Of a DNA stretch of 64,000 nt, positions 26,534 to 35,797 are shown piece after piece (positions within the stretch are counted from its first letter, which is position 1; each line of letters opens with the position of its first letter). The translations under genes and the position numbers were made by a program. The DNA is from a virus. The stretch is from IMG/VR virus record IMGVR_UViG_3300028024_000003; one strand, 5' to 3'. Under the pieces are notes generated by a model that saw only the letters and a program-made list of their open reading frames with translations, ran no database searches and was not told the DNA's origin.

Positions 26534-27487
26534 TCACGAAGACAAAAGCTCAATTGCCGCCATATGCTTTGCCGTCGGACGCAGCTCTTCGTGGCCCAGA
26601 AACTCCTGGACTTCGGCCAGAGTGTATCGCCCGCTCAAAAGCGCCTGCCGAGCGAACGTGTTGCGTAACAGATTGGGGCCGCTTTGAGGTAGGGTCTCAC
26701 CTAATGGCCGAAGCCATGCGCTCACCCGGCGAAAGAGCCCCGATGGAGAATAGGGGGTTCCTCCGCGCGTGGCCGGGCATACAAGGTCTCCAGGCATGGA
26801 CAGGGTCTGGCGCAAAGTGCGCCAGGACTCGACCCACTCTCGCCAGGGACCGTCCGGCAAAATCAGCGTGGTATGTTCGCGATGTACGGTATGTGGCTTT
26901 ACCCGTATCGCATGCGTTTCGGACACGTCTTCGTCCCGCAAGTTAATCAGCTCGTTAGACCTCAATCCTGCCCCCAGGAGAAGCGCCGCGGCACACCGGT
27001 CGCGGGCGCCCTTCCACCCCACTATATCGGTCAGGATTTCGATAACTTGAGCGAGGGAATCCTCGGAAAGGCCCGGTGGCAAAGCGATTTCGAGCTCCCG
27101 CTCCTTTTTGAGTTCGACAATGAGCGGATTGTCCCCGTCCCACCCCACTTCCTTCGAGCGAAGGTGCCCATAGACCTTGCTCAGCAGCAGGAGATAGCGC
27201 CGGCGCGTGAGCGGCTCGAATTCGCTCGCCGTGAAGAACTCCGTCGCGTCCTGAGGGGTCACCTCCAGCAGCCCCAACCCCTTGGCAGCCAGGGATGAGA
27301 GCCACCAGGCAAACATGGACGTGTAGGTGTCGCGCGATGACTCCCGGAACTGACGCGATTCGACTACGCGGTACTGCGCCAGCCACGCCTGGAAGGTTGC
27401 CTTCGGGTCTGTGGTCCAGGCCGACAGACTGTTGGCTGGAAACAGTTCGCCGTTCTGTGCGCGTTGTGCTGCTTCTGCTCGGGCCAA
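26534..27487 (-). CDS. Tyrosine recombinase-family protein lacking the catalytic Tyr
   Basis: AGLRSNE, NLLRNTF, FLGH; TAKH where TxxY is expected. Confidence 0.8.
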   Translation of the reverse strand: MARAEAAQRAQNGELFPANSLSAWTTDPKATFQAWLAQYRVVESRQFRESSRDTYTSMFAWWLSSLAAKGLGLLEVTPQDATEFFTASEFEPLTRRRYLLLLSKVYGHLRSKEVGWDGDNPLIVELKKERELEIALPPGLSEDSLAQVIEILTDIVGWKGARDRCAAALLLGAGLRSNELINLRDEDVSETHAIRVKPHTVHREHTTLILPDGPWREWVESWRTLRQTLSMPGDLVCPATRGGTPYSPSGLFRRVSAWLRPLGETLPQSGPNLLRNTFARQALLSGRYTLAEVQEFLGHEELRPTAKHMAAIELLSS

Positions 27488-27612
27488 CTCAAATCTCCCT
27501 TTCTATAGGCGACACTATTTTGCCCGAACGCTTTTTGCGGTCAAGTATGCTACTGCGCCAAAATGCAAATTCATGGTATACTAAACGCAATTCCTTCCGG
27601 AAATTTGCGTCT

Positions 27613-28362
27613 ATGCACCCTAGTATTTACCGAGAATTCCACGTCGGCCTGGCTCCGGACGTCGAAACTAAAGAGATTGCCCAAGGCGTCTCACACGAAG
27701 AAGCCGTGCTTTTCGTCATGCTACGCCACGTCAAAACGGGCGAAGAAGCCGTGTTCAAGCTGCTCGGTGCGGCGGGCACGCCCGAGCGCTGGATTGAAGA
27801 GCAGGTCATGCGACGCTTCCCGGCGTCGGAGGCCGCGGGCGAGTTGCGTCAGCTCTACGGCCGCAACCGCCACCGCCTCAAGGAAGGCTGGGAGCATGCT
27901 TTCGGTGAGCGGGTCTACCAGAACCTGAAGCAGGCCGGTTACTCCAAAGGCGCGCAATACTGGGCGGAGCTCATCCCGACCCTGCCGTCCGTTCTCTACC
28001 GGACGATGAACAACCGCGCGGTGACCAACCTGGGCGAGCTGGGTGATGACGCCGAGTTCAGGGACATCATCAAGGCGGTCCATGACGGCTGGCTGGCGGT
28101 CCTCAAGGAAGCACGCGCCATCGGCATGACGATAAACGGGATGCAGCGTCTGGCGCTGGACCTTGCCGGCTGGCCGACCGACCACCTGCGTGGCCTGTCA
28201 ATGCTGGAGTACGCGCAGTTCAAAGAAAAAGCGCTCTTTGGCCGTCTGTCGCTCGGCTATCTATCTGAGGAAGACTGGTCAGCCGCGCTCCTGCCTCTGG
28301 TGGAAGATGCGACGCCCTCGAGCGACACACGCCCCGCCACAACGATTGCCGAACTGAAATGA
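27613..28362 (+). CDS. Hypothetical protein
   Basis: ATG 27613, divergent from the recombinase; stop overlaps the NUDIX start. Confidence 0.7.
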   Translation: MHPSIYREFHVGLAPDVETKEIAQGVSHEEAVLFVMLRHVKTGEEAVFKLLGAAGTPERWIEEQVMRRFPASEAAGELRQLYGRNRHRLKEGWEHAFGERVYQNLKQAGYSKGAQYWAELIPTLPSVLYRTMNNRAVTNLGELGDDAEFRDIIKAVHDGWLAVLKEARAIGMTINGMQRLALDLAGWPTDHLRGLSMLEYAQFKEKALFGRLSLGYLSEEDWSAALLPLVEDATPSSDTRPATTIAELK

Positions 28363-28961
28363 GCCACAGCCTGAATGCAGTAACGCGCGCGGCGCGAGAA
28401 GTCCTCTCGGCCTACCTCGAGCTGTATCCCGGGGAGGCACAGCGGTTCGACCTGCTTCGCGCCCAGCTCGAGCAGGGCAACCCATCCGTGCTCGTACGCT
28501 CGAACATGACAGGTCACATCACGACCAGCATGGTGGTTTTCGACCCGGCCACACGCAAGGTTCTGGTCATCTTCCATGGCATCTATCGGGACTGGATGCC
28601 GTCGGGTGGCCACTTCGAGATGGACCTCTCACTCTGGCTGTCGGCCGCACGCGAGGTGCTTGAGGAAACTGGCGTCGTCGTCGCGGAGCTGGCGTGGTCC
28701 GGACGCGACAGCGCGTATCTGCCCATCGACATCGACACGCACCCGATTCCGGAGAATCCGAAAAAAGGCGAAGGCGCGCACTTCCACCACGATTTCACGT
28801 TCGTCGCGACTGCATCGTCGCACGTGCCGCTCGTACCTCAGATGGAAGAAGTCGATGCCGCAGTCTGGGTCGACCTGGCGGAGATGCACAAGAGCCAGCT
28901 TGAGCGCGTGCGCCGGCTGGCGGCCAAGCTGGAAAAGGCGTTCCCGGCGTCGCGCCTCTGA
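28359..28961 (+). CDS. NUDIX hydrolase
   Basis: GHITTS; Nudix box GGHFE...AAREVLEETG; HFHHDF. Confidence 0.88.
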   Translation: MSHSLNAVTRAAREVLSAYLELYPGEAQRFDLLRAQLEQGNPSVLVRSNMTGHITTSMVVFDPATRKVLVIFHGIYRDWMPSGGHFEMDLSLWLSAAREVLEETGVVVAELAWSGRDSAYLPIDIDTHPIPENPKKGEGAHFHHDFTFVATASSHVPLVPQMEEVDAAVWVDLAEMHKSQLERVRRLAAKLEKAFPASRL

Positions 28962-29006
28962 CTGTATCACCCCCAACCATCCCGATTTCTGCACCAGGAG
29001 ACCACC

Positions 29007-29105
29007 ATGGACAACACGAACACGCAAACCACCATTTCGACGGATGTCGCAGCACTGCGCTTTTCCCACATCGTCGAACAGCTGGTCAAAGCCAGCCATG
29101 CTTGA
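29007..29105 (+). CDS. 32-aa ORF with strong RBS
   Basis: AGGAG RBS; stop overlaps the ATG at 29098. Confidence 0.4.
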   Translation: MDNTNTQTTISTDVAALRFSHIVEQLVKASHA

Positions 29106-29580
29106 ACTCAAGGACCTGAAGTACGCCGAGAACCGCGTCACGGTGACGTACAACGTCGTGCATAGCGACGGGCGCATCGGCACGATTCTCGAACAGGACT
29201 TCAAGCTCACCGTCGACACGCAAACAGGCAAAGTCGAGGGTGAACTGCATCTGACCGAGATGAAGGTCGACAGCATCGAGGCTGCCCGGGAAAAGATGGC
29301 GGTGTGGTGCGAGCGCATGGCGATTGCCCTGCGCCGCGTCGAGCGCAAATCGGGCGACCTGCCGCTGTATCAGCGCACGAGCTTCGAACCCGAAGAGCTG
29401 CCTCTGTGGATGCAACGGGAGTACGAACGCCTCGTGCAGGCCTACGTCAACGCCAAAACCGACGAAGACCATGAAGCCATCCGGACGTGGCTCAAGGACC
29501 ATCCGATGAGCCTCGTTGGCGACCTGGTCGAAGTAGCGAAGTGCCAGGCCGAGCGGCGCCAGGAAGACAGCGAGCAATAG
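29098..29580 (+). CDS. Hypothetical protein
   Basis: MLELKDLKYAENRV...; high-GC3 codon usage. Confidence 0.7.
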   Translation: MLELKDLKYAENRVTVTYNVVHSDGRIGTILEQDFKLTVDTQTGKVEGELHLTEMKVDSIEAAREKMAVWCERMAIALRRVERKSGDLPLYQRTSFEPEELPLWMQREYERLVQAYVNAKTDEDHEAIRTWLKDHPMSLVGDLVEVAKCQAERRQEDSEQ

Positions 29581-29682
29581 TTAACAGCCTAAAAAACAGT
29601 GCGCAGATGTGCAGTCATATTGACGATGTAGTGTTTTGTGGTATACTGCATAAACACTGTCACTCCCTAACCACCGCACAAA

Positions 29683-30672
29683 ATGAAAAAGCACTTCCTG
29701 CTGGCGGCGCTCACGGCCGCCCTGCTGGTTTCGCCCTATGCCGACGCCGCATCCGGGTTCAGCCGAGGTTCCTCAAGCTCCAGCACGAGTTCGAGCAAAA
29801 CCAGCGCCAGCGCCAAGTCCGAATCGAAGTCGAACTACGGTAGCTATTCGGGCTTCGCTTCGTCGAGCAGCAAGAAAGCTGATACTCCGCGCGTCCAGAC
29901 GTACGTACCCACAACCCTGCCCCGCCAGGCCGCCACCCCGCCTGCAGCGGACCCTTCGCCGGCCCGTTCGGGTTTCGGTGCGACCGCCAAGTCGGGCACA
30001 GGCAAGACGGTGGCCGCTGTCGCAACGGCGAGCGTGCTGGGCGGCGCGATGTATTCGGCTTCGGCGAATCACGATGCGGTGACCGCGTACGAAGCGAAGA
30101 AAAAGGCTGACGCCGCACAGGCTGCGCCGCAGCCGGCACCCACAACGTCGATGGCGAGCACACAGGATTCGCGCGGTCAGGCGAGCGTGTCGCAGAGCGA
30201 TTCGCACTATCAGCCGCGCCAGCAGACTCAGGTCGTTGTTGTCCAGCAGAGCCCGCAATACCATGGCGGCTCGATGCTAAACGACGCCTACTGGTACGAA
30301 CGGGGTCGAGACGCCGCGCGCCGTGACGAACGGGAGCGTGAGTATCAGCGCGACCGCGACTATCAGTACGCACAGGCTCAGGCTGCACAAGCTCAGGCAC
30401 AAGCTCAAGCAGCACAGGCGCCGGCCGCGCCGGCTCAGGGTGGCTACGCCCCGAGTGTGCCGCCCGTTGCTCCCAGCGTCGCGCCGGCCACAGTTGCCCA
30501 GGCTGCCCCGAGGCTCAAGGCTGCTCCCGTCGAACAGCCGCACCACTCCTCGCACATCGGCCTGATTCTGTTCCTCGTGTTCCTGGCTGCGGCCATTGGC
30601 GGCATCGCGTACTTCGTCCTGCGTGGAAGCAAGCCGGGCAAGCCCGCGAAGAAAGCGAACTACACCCTCTAA
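29683..30672 (+). CDS. Exported low-complexity protein with C-terminal TM anchor
   Basis: Signal peptide, Ser-rich and QA-repeat regions, C-terminal TM helix plus basic tail; TTGACG-16 nt-TATACT promoter. Confidence 0.8.
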   Translation: MKKHFLLAALTAALLVSPYADAASGFSRGSSSSSTSSSKTSASAKSESKSNYGSYSGFASSSSKKADTPRVQTYVPTTLPRQAATPPAADPSPARSGFGATAKSGTGKTVAAVATASVLGGAMYSASANHDAVTAYEAKKKADAAQAAPQPAPTTSMASTQDSRGQASVSQSDSHYQPRQQTQVVVVQQSPQYHGGSMLNDAYWYERGRDAARRDEREREYQRDRDYQYAQAQAAQAQAQAQAAQAPAAPAQGGYAPSVPPVAPSVAPATVAQAAPRLKAAPVEQPHHSSHIGLILFLVFLAAAIGGIAYFVLRGSKPGKPAKKANYTL

Positions 30673-30683
30673 GGATTCAAGCG

Positions 30684-31472
30684 ATGTCCATTCTTCAACT
30701 CGGCAAGCGCATCATCGAAAAGCGCGTGACGCAGGCTCAGGACGACCATAACTCGCTTCCACGCGTCGACGTCGGGCTGCCGTATGGCGCCCAGATTGGC
30801 AGTCTGCTGGAAGTGCCGCGTGCGTCCTTCGCCATTCTCGATGGGTCGCTCGTGAAGGTTCCGGCCTCGGCGCAGATGCAGATTCAGGCTGTAGGCCGCG
30901 TGCGTCTCGACGCGGACCCGTCGCTCGAGATTTTCCGCCTGTATACGGACGCGGGCGACCGCCAGACCGACGCGGGCCAGTCATTCCTGCAGGTCCTCAC
31001 GAAGAACGGCCAGCCCGTCGAGGCGACGTATTACCAGCAACTGTTCCGCCTCGTGCCGACCACGGCTGAAGAGCAGGAGCCGTATCAGGGCGCGGGTTAC
31101 GGCTTGGGCGAACTCTGGTACAACCTCGGTGACGACCAGCTCGCGCTCGCGGGGCTCACTGCGGAGAAGATTGCCAAGCTCCTCGCGGGCGCCGAGACGC
31201 TCGATTATCAGCGCGACACGCCGGTGACCAGCGATTACATCCATCCGTACAAGGCCGTCGAGAACCGTCTGGACGACCCGACGGGCACGAAAGGCATGCG
31301 TCAGCAGATGCAGTTCATGCCCTACGTGCGCGTGCTGCCGGATGGCAACCGCGAAAACCTGCTCATTTCGTTCGAGGTCGTGGAATCGGTCGACGGCAGC
31401 CGCGAGCCGGCCGTACACGTCGATTTTCTTGTCGGGCTCACGCTGGGACCGCTCAAGCTGAAAGTCCTCTAA
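30684..31472 (+). CDS. DUF2491 (YjfK-like) protein
   Basis: Matches recalled YjfK segments: IFRLYT, FLQV, MPYVR, ENLLI, VGLTL. Confidence 0.65.
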   Translation: MSILQLGKRIIEKRVTQAQDDHNSLPRVDVGLPYGAQIGSLLEVPRASFAILDGSLVKVPASAQMQIQAVGRVRLDADPSLEIFRLYTDAGDRQTDAGQSFLQVLTKNGQPVEATYYQQLFRLVPTTAEEQEPYQGAGYGLGELWYNLGDDQLALAGLTAEKIAKLLAGAETLDYQRDTPVTSDYIHPYKAVENRLDDPTGTKGMRQQMQFMPYVRVLPDGNRENLLISFEVVESVDGSREPAVHVDFLVGLTLGPLKLKVL

Positions 31473-31569
31473 CCAACTTAAGTGTTTTGTGTTATACTAG
31501 ACACTTTGCTGCACCATTAAACCAAGCCGGCGCCGCGCCGGCAACCGAACCACCTCGAAAGGAATCCAC

Positions 31570-32322
31570 ATGTCCGGCTGGAAGCTCTCCGCTGCACTCA
31601 TCGTGAAACAAGTCAGCGCCTTCGGTGACACCGTCGCGCAAGCACTGGTCTCGTTCGACCCCGAGACGGCCACCGAAGTCGACCGCGAGAACCTGCAGAA
31701 GCATCTGCGCGAAGCGGCGACCAAACTGGCGTCGGCGCGGCACGAGTATGACGGCGTGAAGAAGACCGCGGATGCGCTCGAAGCTCAAATCGCGCAAGAC
31801 ACGAAGGCTGCCGCAGTCCTGATTTCGAAGCTGGAAGCGAAGGAAATCGACGAATCGACGCTCACCGAATTCGCCGACAACCTCGAAGACATGAAGGCTC
31901 GCCTGCCCGTCGCGCAGCAAGACGTGAAGGATGCGCAGGAACTGGTCGACACGGTGCAAGGCATCGTCAACACCATCGAGAAGAAGCTCGCCGACTTCGA
32001 CGCGGCCGCCAAAAAGGCGCTGCGCGGCATCGCCCAGGCTCAAGCGAACCAGGAGCGCGAAAACCTGCGCCTGCAGAACCAGCAGGAACTGCGCGACCTG
32101 CAAAGCGGTGTCGGTGGCCCCTCGACGGCGCTGGGCGCACTGACCCGCAAAGCTGAAAAGCTGCAAGTGCAAGCGGATGCGACAGCAATCCAGGCGGACA
32201 TCGGCCAGAAGCCGCTGGACCGCGCGAACGCCATCGACGAAGCCCGCCGCATCGCTGCGGGCACGGCAACGCCGGTGGCCGAATCGGCTGCGGACCGTCT
32301 GCGTCGCTTGACTGGCCAGTAA
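31570..32322 (+). CDS. PspA/IM30 (YjfJ-like) coiled-coil protein
   Basis: All-helical 250 aa, C-terminal SAADRLRRL, next to DUF2491. Confidence 0.7.
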   Translation: MSGWKLSAALIVKQVSAFGDTVAQALVSFDPETATEVDRENLQKHLREAATKLASARHEYDGVKKTADALEAQIAQDTKAAAVLISKLEAKEIDESTLTEFADNLEDMKARLPVAQQDVKDAQELVDTVQGIVNTIEKKLADFDAAAKKALRGIAQAQANQERENLRLQNQQELRDLQSGVGGPSTALGALTRKAEKLQVQADATAIQADIGQKPLDRANAIDEARRIAAGTATPVAESAADRLRRLTGQ

Positions 32323-32344
32323 TCTCCCCGCAATAGAAGTATCG

Positions 32345-32380
32345 AAGGCGCAAGGCTCACAAGGCCTTGCGCCTTTTTCA
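32345..32380 (+). terminator. Rho-independent terminator
   Basis: aaggcgcaagg/ccttgcgcctt stem plus T-tract. Confidence 0.8.
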
Positions 32381-32394
32381 TTGCGGACACCAAA

Positions 32395-32423
32395 TTGCGT
32401 TATGCGGCATTAAATGCTATAAT
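32395..32423 (+). promoter_or_regulatory. Sigma70 promoter with extended -10
   Basis: TTGCGT-17 nt-TATAAT, with TGc before the -10. Confidence 0.75.
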
Positions 32424-32448
32424 GTCGTTAATTCAAGGAGCTTTCCGT

Positions 32449-32820
32449 ATGTCAATCAAATTGTTCGTGCCGCCGCTCGGCACTCGCCTCGTGCTGACCG
32501 AACCGTGGGAATTCAAGCTCTATAACGAGAGCCGTAACGGAACATTGATGACCCTGCTGGGCGACGTGCGCGAAATCAGCTACGACCCCCAACCGACGCA
32601 TGCCACCCTGCCGCCGGGCACCGAACTCATCATCGACCGGTACTACATCAAGCATGCCCTGTCGGACTTCGATAGCGTGAGTTTCCGCATGAAGGGCGTG
32701 AGCGCCGTGGCAAAGAAGCGCTATGCCTCCGAGGTGCCGTCGAAGCGTCAGGTTCGCTTCTGGGCAAAGCTCGATGACGTGAACACGATGCAGGTCGAAA
32801 TCGTGCGCGAGGACGCCTGA
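32449..32820 (+). CDS. Hypothetical protein
   Basis: AAGGAG RBS, ATG 32449. Confidence 0.75.
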   Translation: MSIKLFVPPLGTRLVLTEPWEFKLYNESRNGTLMTLLGDVREISYDPQPTHATLPPGTELIIDRYYIKHALSDFDSVSFRMKGVSAVAKKRYASEVPSKRQVRFWAKLDDVNTMQVEIVREDA

Positions 32821-32821
32821 T

Positions 32822-33049
32822 ATGACTTTCCTGGCGGTGGTCGGCTGGCTCGTCATTACCGGCGGCATGGTGTTCGCATCCTTTACATGGACGGCGGTGG
32901 CCAGCCTGACGCTCGGCTATTACACCATCGGCGGCGCGCGCAACCCGCTGCACCGGAAGGTGGTCGTGATTCTGCTCGGCATCGTGCTCCTGTGCGGCTG
33001 GTGGTTCCTCGTCATCGAGCACGCGCCCTTCACTATCACATTCAAATAA
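32822..33049 (+). CDS. Small membrane protein
   Basis: Two hydrophobic helices; operonic. Confidence 0.65.
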   Translation: MTFLAVVGWLVITGGMVFASFTWTAVASLTLGYYTIGGARNPLHRKVVVILLGIVLLCGWWFLVIEHAPFTITFK

Positions 33050-33061
33050 GGCGATGCCCGC

Positions 33062-33499
33062 ATGAAAACCATTGACGACGCCCGCCATCACATCGGTGCG
33101 TTCCTGGGTGCCTGCAAAGACTCAGGGATGCAGTCTGAGCACGTTCGCGCTGTGTTGCTCGAGTATCTGGGCTTGCCTGAAGAAGACGGGATAGCCGAGA
33201 CGCCTGTTGGCACGCAGGGCCTGCGTTGGGCGGCTGACGGTCAGCCGGACCCGCATGGCGCCATGTACGACTGCGAACGCGCAGCACTCACGCTTGGCCA
33301 GCTGAGCGATGACGAACTGGCAAACGAAGCCTTTATGAACTACGACCGGCGCCCGCCGGTGGAGAGGCTCATCGCGGGCACCGCGTTCATGCCCATCGTC
33401 TATATGACGGCGGTGAAAGAGCGCATTCGATGGCTCTCGCGCTGTCTCGCTGCGGCGACGCAGCACGCATCGACAGCGCGCACAGACCAACCGTGCTGA
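33062..33499 (+). CDS. Hypothetical protein
   Basis: Operonic ORF. Confidence 0.65.
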   Translation: MKTIDDARHHIGAFLGACKDSGMQSEHVRAVLLEYLGLPEEDGIAETPVGTQGLRWAADGQPDPHGAMYDCERAALTLGQLSDDELANEAFMNYDRRPPVERLIAGTAFMPIVYMTAVKERIRWLSRCLAAATQHASTARTDQPC

Positions 33500-33526
33500 C
33501 GGCAACCAGGGAACGGCCGGCTCACG

Positions 33527-34411
33527 ATGACGCTCGTTGAGGCGACGTCCACTGCATTCATGAACAGAACGGGGAAACGCATGCTGCAAACCTGGAGCAA
33601 ACCATTAATCGCGGCGCCGGCGGTTGTCTACCTGGGGCAAGGAAAGGGTCGCGACTTCATCATCGGTGACCGCCACGGCGTGAAGCGCCCTATCGTGCGC
33701 GCACTTGAAGCGGTGAATTTCGACCCGGCTGTGGACCGACTGTTTTCCGTCGGCGACCTGGTCGACCGCGGCGACTTTTCTGCGGAAGCGCTCGAGCTGC
33801 TCAACCAGCCCTGGTTCTTCGCCACACTCGGAAATCACGAGCAGATGGTGCTCGACCTGTATGCCGACGGTTCGCTGGATTTGGACGCGCTTCGTCACCA
33901 TGTCGCTCGAAACGGCATGGCCTGGTGGCTCTCGACCCCGCCGGAGCAGCAAGCTGCCCTGCTGGATGCGTTTGCGCGCCTGCCACTCGTTATGGAACTG
34001 AACACCGTGCGTGGCTCGGTCGGCATTCTCCACGCTGAAGTGCCCGTTGGTATGGACTGGCCGACCTTCATCGCACAGGTGGAGGCAGGCGACCGCCACA
34101 CGATTAAGAGCGCCTTGTGGGGCCGTGTGCGCGCCACGAACAACGACACATCGGGTGTCGCGGGTATCGACCGGGTGTTCGCTGGCCACACGCCGCAGTT
34201 CGACGGCGCGATGCGTCTGGGCAACTGCTATTTCATCGACACGGGCGCCGTATTCGGTGAAAAGGGAATCGCGCCCGGCAAACTGACCATGGCCAACGTG
34301 CTGTGCCAGACGATGGTGATTGATGCCCGGGAGCCGACCGTCTTGCCGCTCGTTGACCTCTTCGACGACGAAGGCCAGGGTCGCTTCGGGCAATATGCGC
34401 GGCGCTGGTAA
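33527..34411 (+). CDS. Metallophosphoesterase (PphA/lambda NinI-like); start may be 33581
   Basis: GDRHG, GDLVDRG, GNHE, HAE, GHTP, IDTG motifs. Confidence 0.9.
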   Translation: MTLVEATSTAFMNRTGKRMLQTWSKPLIAAPAVVYLGQGKGRDFIIGDRHGVKRPIVRALEAVNFDPAVDRLFSVGDLVDRGDFSAEALELLNQPWFFATLGNHEQMVLDLYADGSLDLDALRHHVARNGMAWWLSTPPEQQAALLDAFARLPLVMELNTVRGSVGILHAEVPVGMDWPTFIAQVEAGDRHTIKSALWGRVRATNNDTSGVAGIDRVFAGHTPQFDGAMRLGNCYFIDTGAVFGEKGIAPGKLTMANVLCQTMVIDAREPTVLPLVDLFDDEGQGRFGQYARRW

Positions 34412-34413
34412 CC

Positions 34414-34749
34414 TTGGCCGTCTACGTTGATGACATGGAAGCGCCCTATGGGCGCATGAAGATGTGCCACATGGTCGCGGACTCCGACGAGGAGCTGCAC
34501 GCCATGGCAAAACACATCGGCGTGTCGCGCAAATGGCATCAGAAGCCAGGCACGCCGCGCAGCCACTACGACATCTGCCTGTCCAAGAAAGCACTGGCGC
34601 TGGCTGCTGGCGCAGTGGCTATCACATGGAAACAAGCTGGCGCCATGTCTGCCCGTCGCCGGGAAACGGGTGAGCTGGGCAAGCCGGACGAAGCCATTGC
34701 CTGGCTGCACGCGTTCAACGCGGAGAAGCGCGCAAAGGTCCCGGCCTGA
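34414..34749 (+). CDS. DUF4031-family protein
   Basis: VYVDD, CHMVADS.EELH.MA..IG, SHYDI pattern. Confidence 0.8.
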   Translation: MAVYVDDMEAPYGRMKMCHMVADSDEELHAMAKHIGVSRKWHQKPGTPRSHYDICLSKKALALAAGAVAITWKQAGAMSARRRETGELGKPDEAIAWLHAFNAEKRAKVPA

Positions 34750-34784
34750 CCCGTATTGCGTCGTCAGCGGGCCGCCTGCCGTGT

Positions 34785-34791
34785 CTATACC
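34785..34791 (+). promoter_or_regulatory. CTATACC element
   Basis: 34 nt upstream of ATG 34826. Confidence 0.5.
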
Positions 34792-34825
34792 GAAATGTTG
34801 GACATTCATTTCAAAGGACACAGCC

Positions 34826-35668
34826 ATGACCACTGCAGCACACACGCAAGCAACCTCGAAATCAGCAACGATGCCTATCGGCGTCATGTCGGATGCTTCA
34901 GATTTTTGCGGGGAATACGAGGTTTTCATTTCCCGCAATGCGCAGGTCGTTGCGTTCGACGTCTGCGACCTTGAAGGCACTGGCATGAGCGCGCAAGCGC
35001 TAGTGGATTGCTTTCGGGAAGACCAGAAGCACAAACCCCGCAGCAAGCTGAAACTGCGATTCAAGCACGACCCGCTTGCATCGTTCGTACCGGATTTCGA
35101 CCATACGCTAAACCTGAACCGTCTTGAGCAGCACGGTCAGTTTAACGATGGCGTCCCGGCTCCGTTTGAACAGTCGTATCTCGTGTTTGCGAAGGACGAT
35201 GCGGGGCGCGTAATCTCGTACAGCGCTGCGAGCCTGTGTGTGAGCTTCCAGAACGAAGCCTTCGACGAGGTCCCGGCCGACCCAGAGTCCGTTGCGGACT
35301 GGCTGGCGACAGCCAAGGAGCGAAAACTCCAGGCCTGGCTCACGCTCACGCTGGACGAAGCCTACACGTTGACGGAATTTCGCGGAACTGGCGCAAACGC
35401 CGCCACCAAGCAATATCTCGCGGATGTGGTCGAAGCCGAAGTCACGAAGCTCATTGAGACGCTCAAGGCACCGTTGAAGGCGCACAGGAAGTCTCTCGAC
35501 TTCGTCTTCTATGTCCAAGCCGACTTGACGAGCAAAAGCGGTTATCTTTCGGCGTCAAAGACGCTTGAATTGCTCGAAGAACATCGTCAAGCGTTCAGGC
35601 AGCGGTTCAAAGGCAAGCGCATCCCGGTCGCGTTCCCTGAGAACGTAATTTTCGACGTAGGTTTCTGA
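34826..35668 (+). CDS. Hypothetical protein, possible divergent GNAT fold
   Basis: AAAGGA RBS; LDEAYTLTEFRGTGA resembles GNAT motif A. Confidence 0.65.
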   Translation: MTTAAHTQATSKSATMPIGVMSDASDFCGEYEVFISRNAQVVAFDVCDLEGTGMSAQALVDCFREDQKHKPRSKLKLRFKHDPLASFVPDFDHTLNLNRLEQHGQFNDGVPAPFEQSYLVFAKDDAGRVISYSAASLCVSFQNEAFDEVPADPESVADWLATAKERKLQAWLTLTLDEAYTLTEFRGTGANAATKQYLADVVEAEVTKLIETLKAPLKAHRKSLDFVFYVQADLTSKSGYLSASKTLELLEEHRQAFRQRFKGKRIPVAFPENVIFDVGF

Positions 35669-35757
35669 CCAACCCCTCAGCCCGCTCCCGCGGGCTTTTT
35701 TCATTGGAATTGTTTCTTGATTCGTGCGCCCGCCCGGCGCTGTGACGCGCTCGCGAG

Positions 35758-35764
35758 CTATACG
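35758..35764 (+). promoter_or_regulatory. CTATACG element
   Basis: After terminator 35678-35702; 33 nt upstream of ATG 35798. Confidence 0.6.
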
Positions 35765-35797
35765 GAACAGGCTAATCAACCAGAGAGGAAACAAGCC

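Noticed and set aside
26534-27487. Integron or prophage boundary at the recombinase
   Set aside because: No att site, tRNA, attC-like repeats or IntI-specific insertion seen, and the catalytic Tyr is absent.
30370-30425. Short tandem repeats (caggct/caagct)
   Set aside because: They encode a Gln-Ala linker; no constant repeat with unique spacers, so not a CRISPR array or iteron set.
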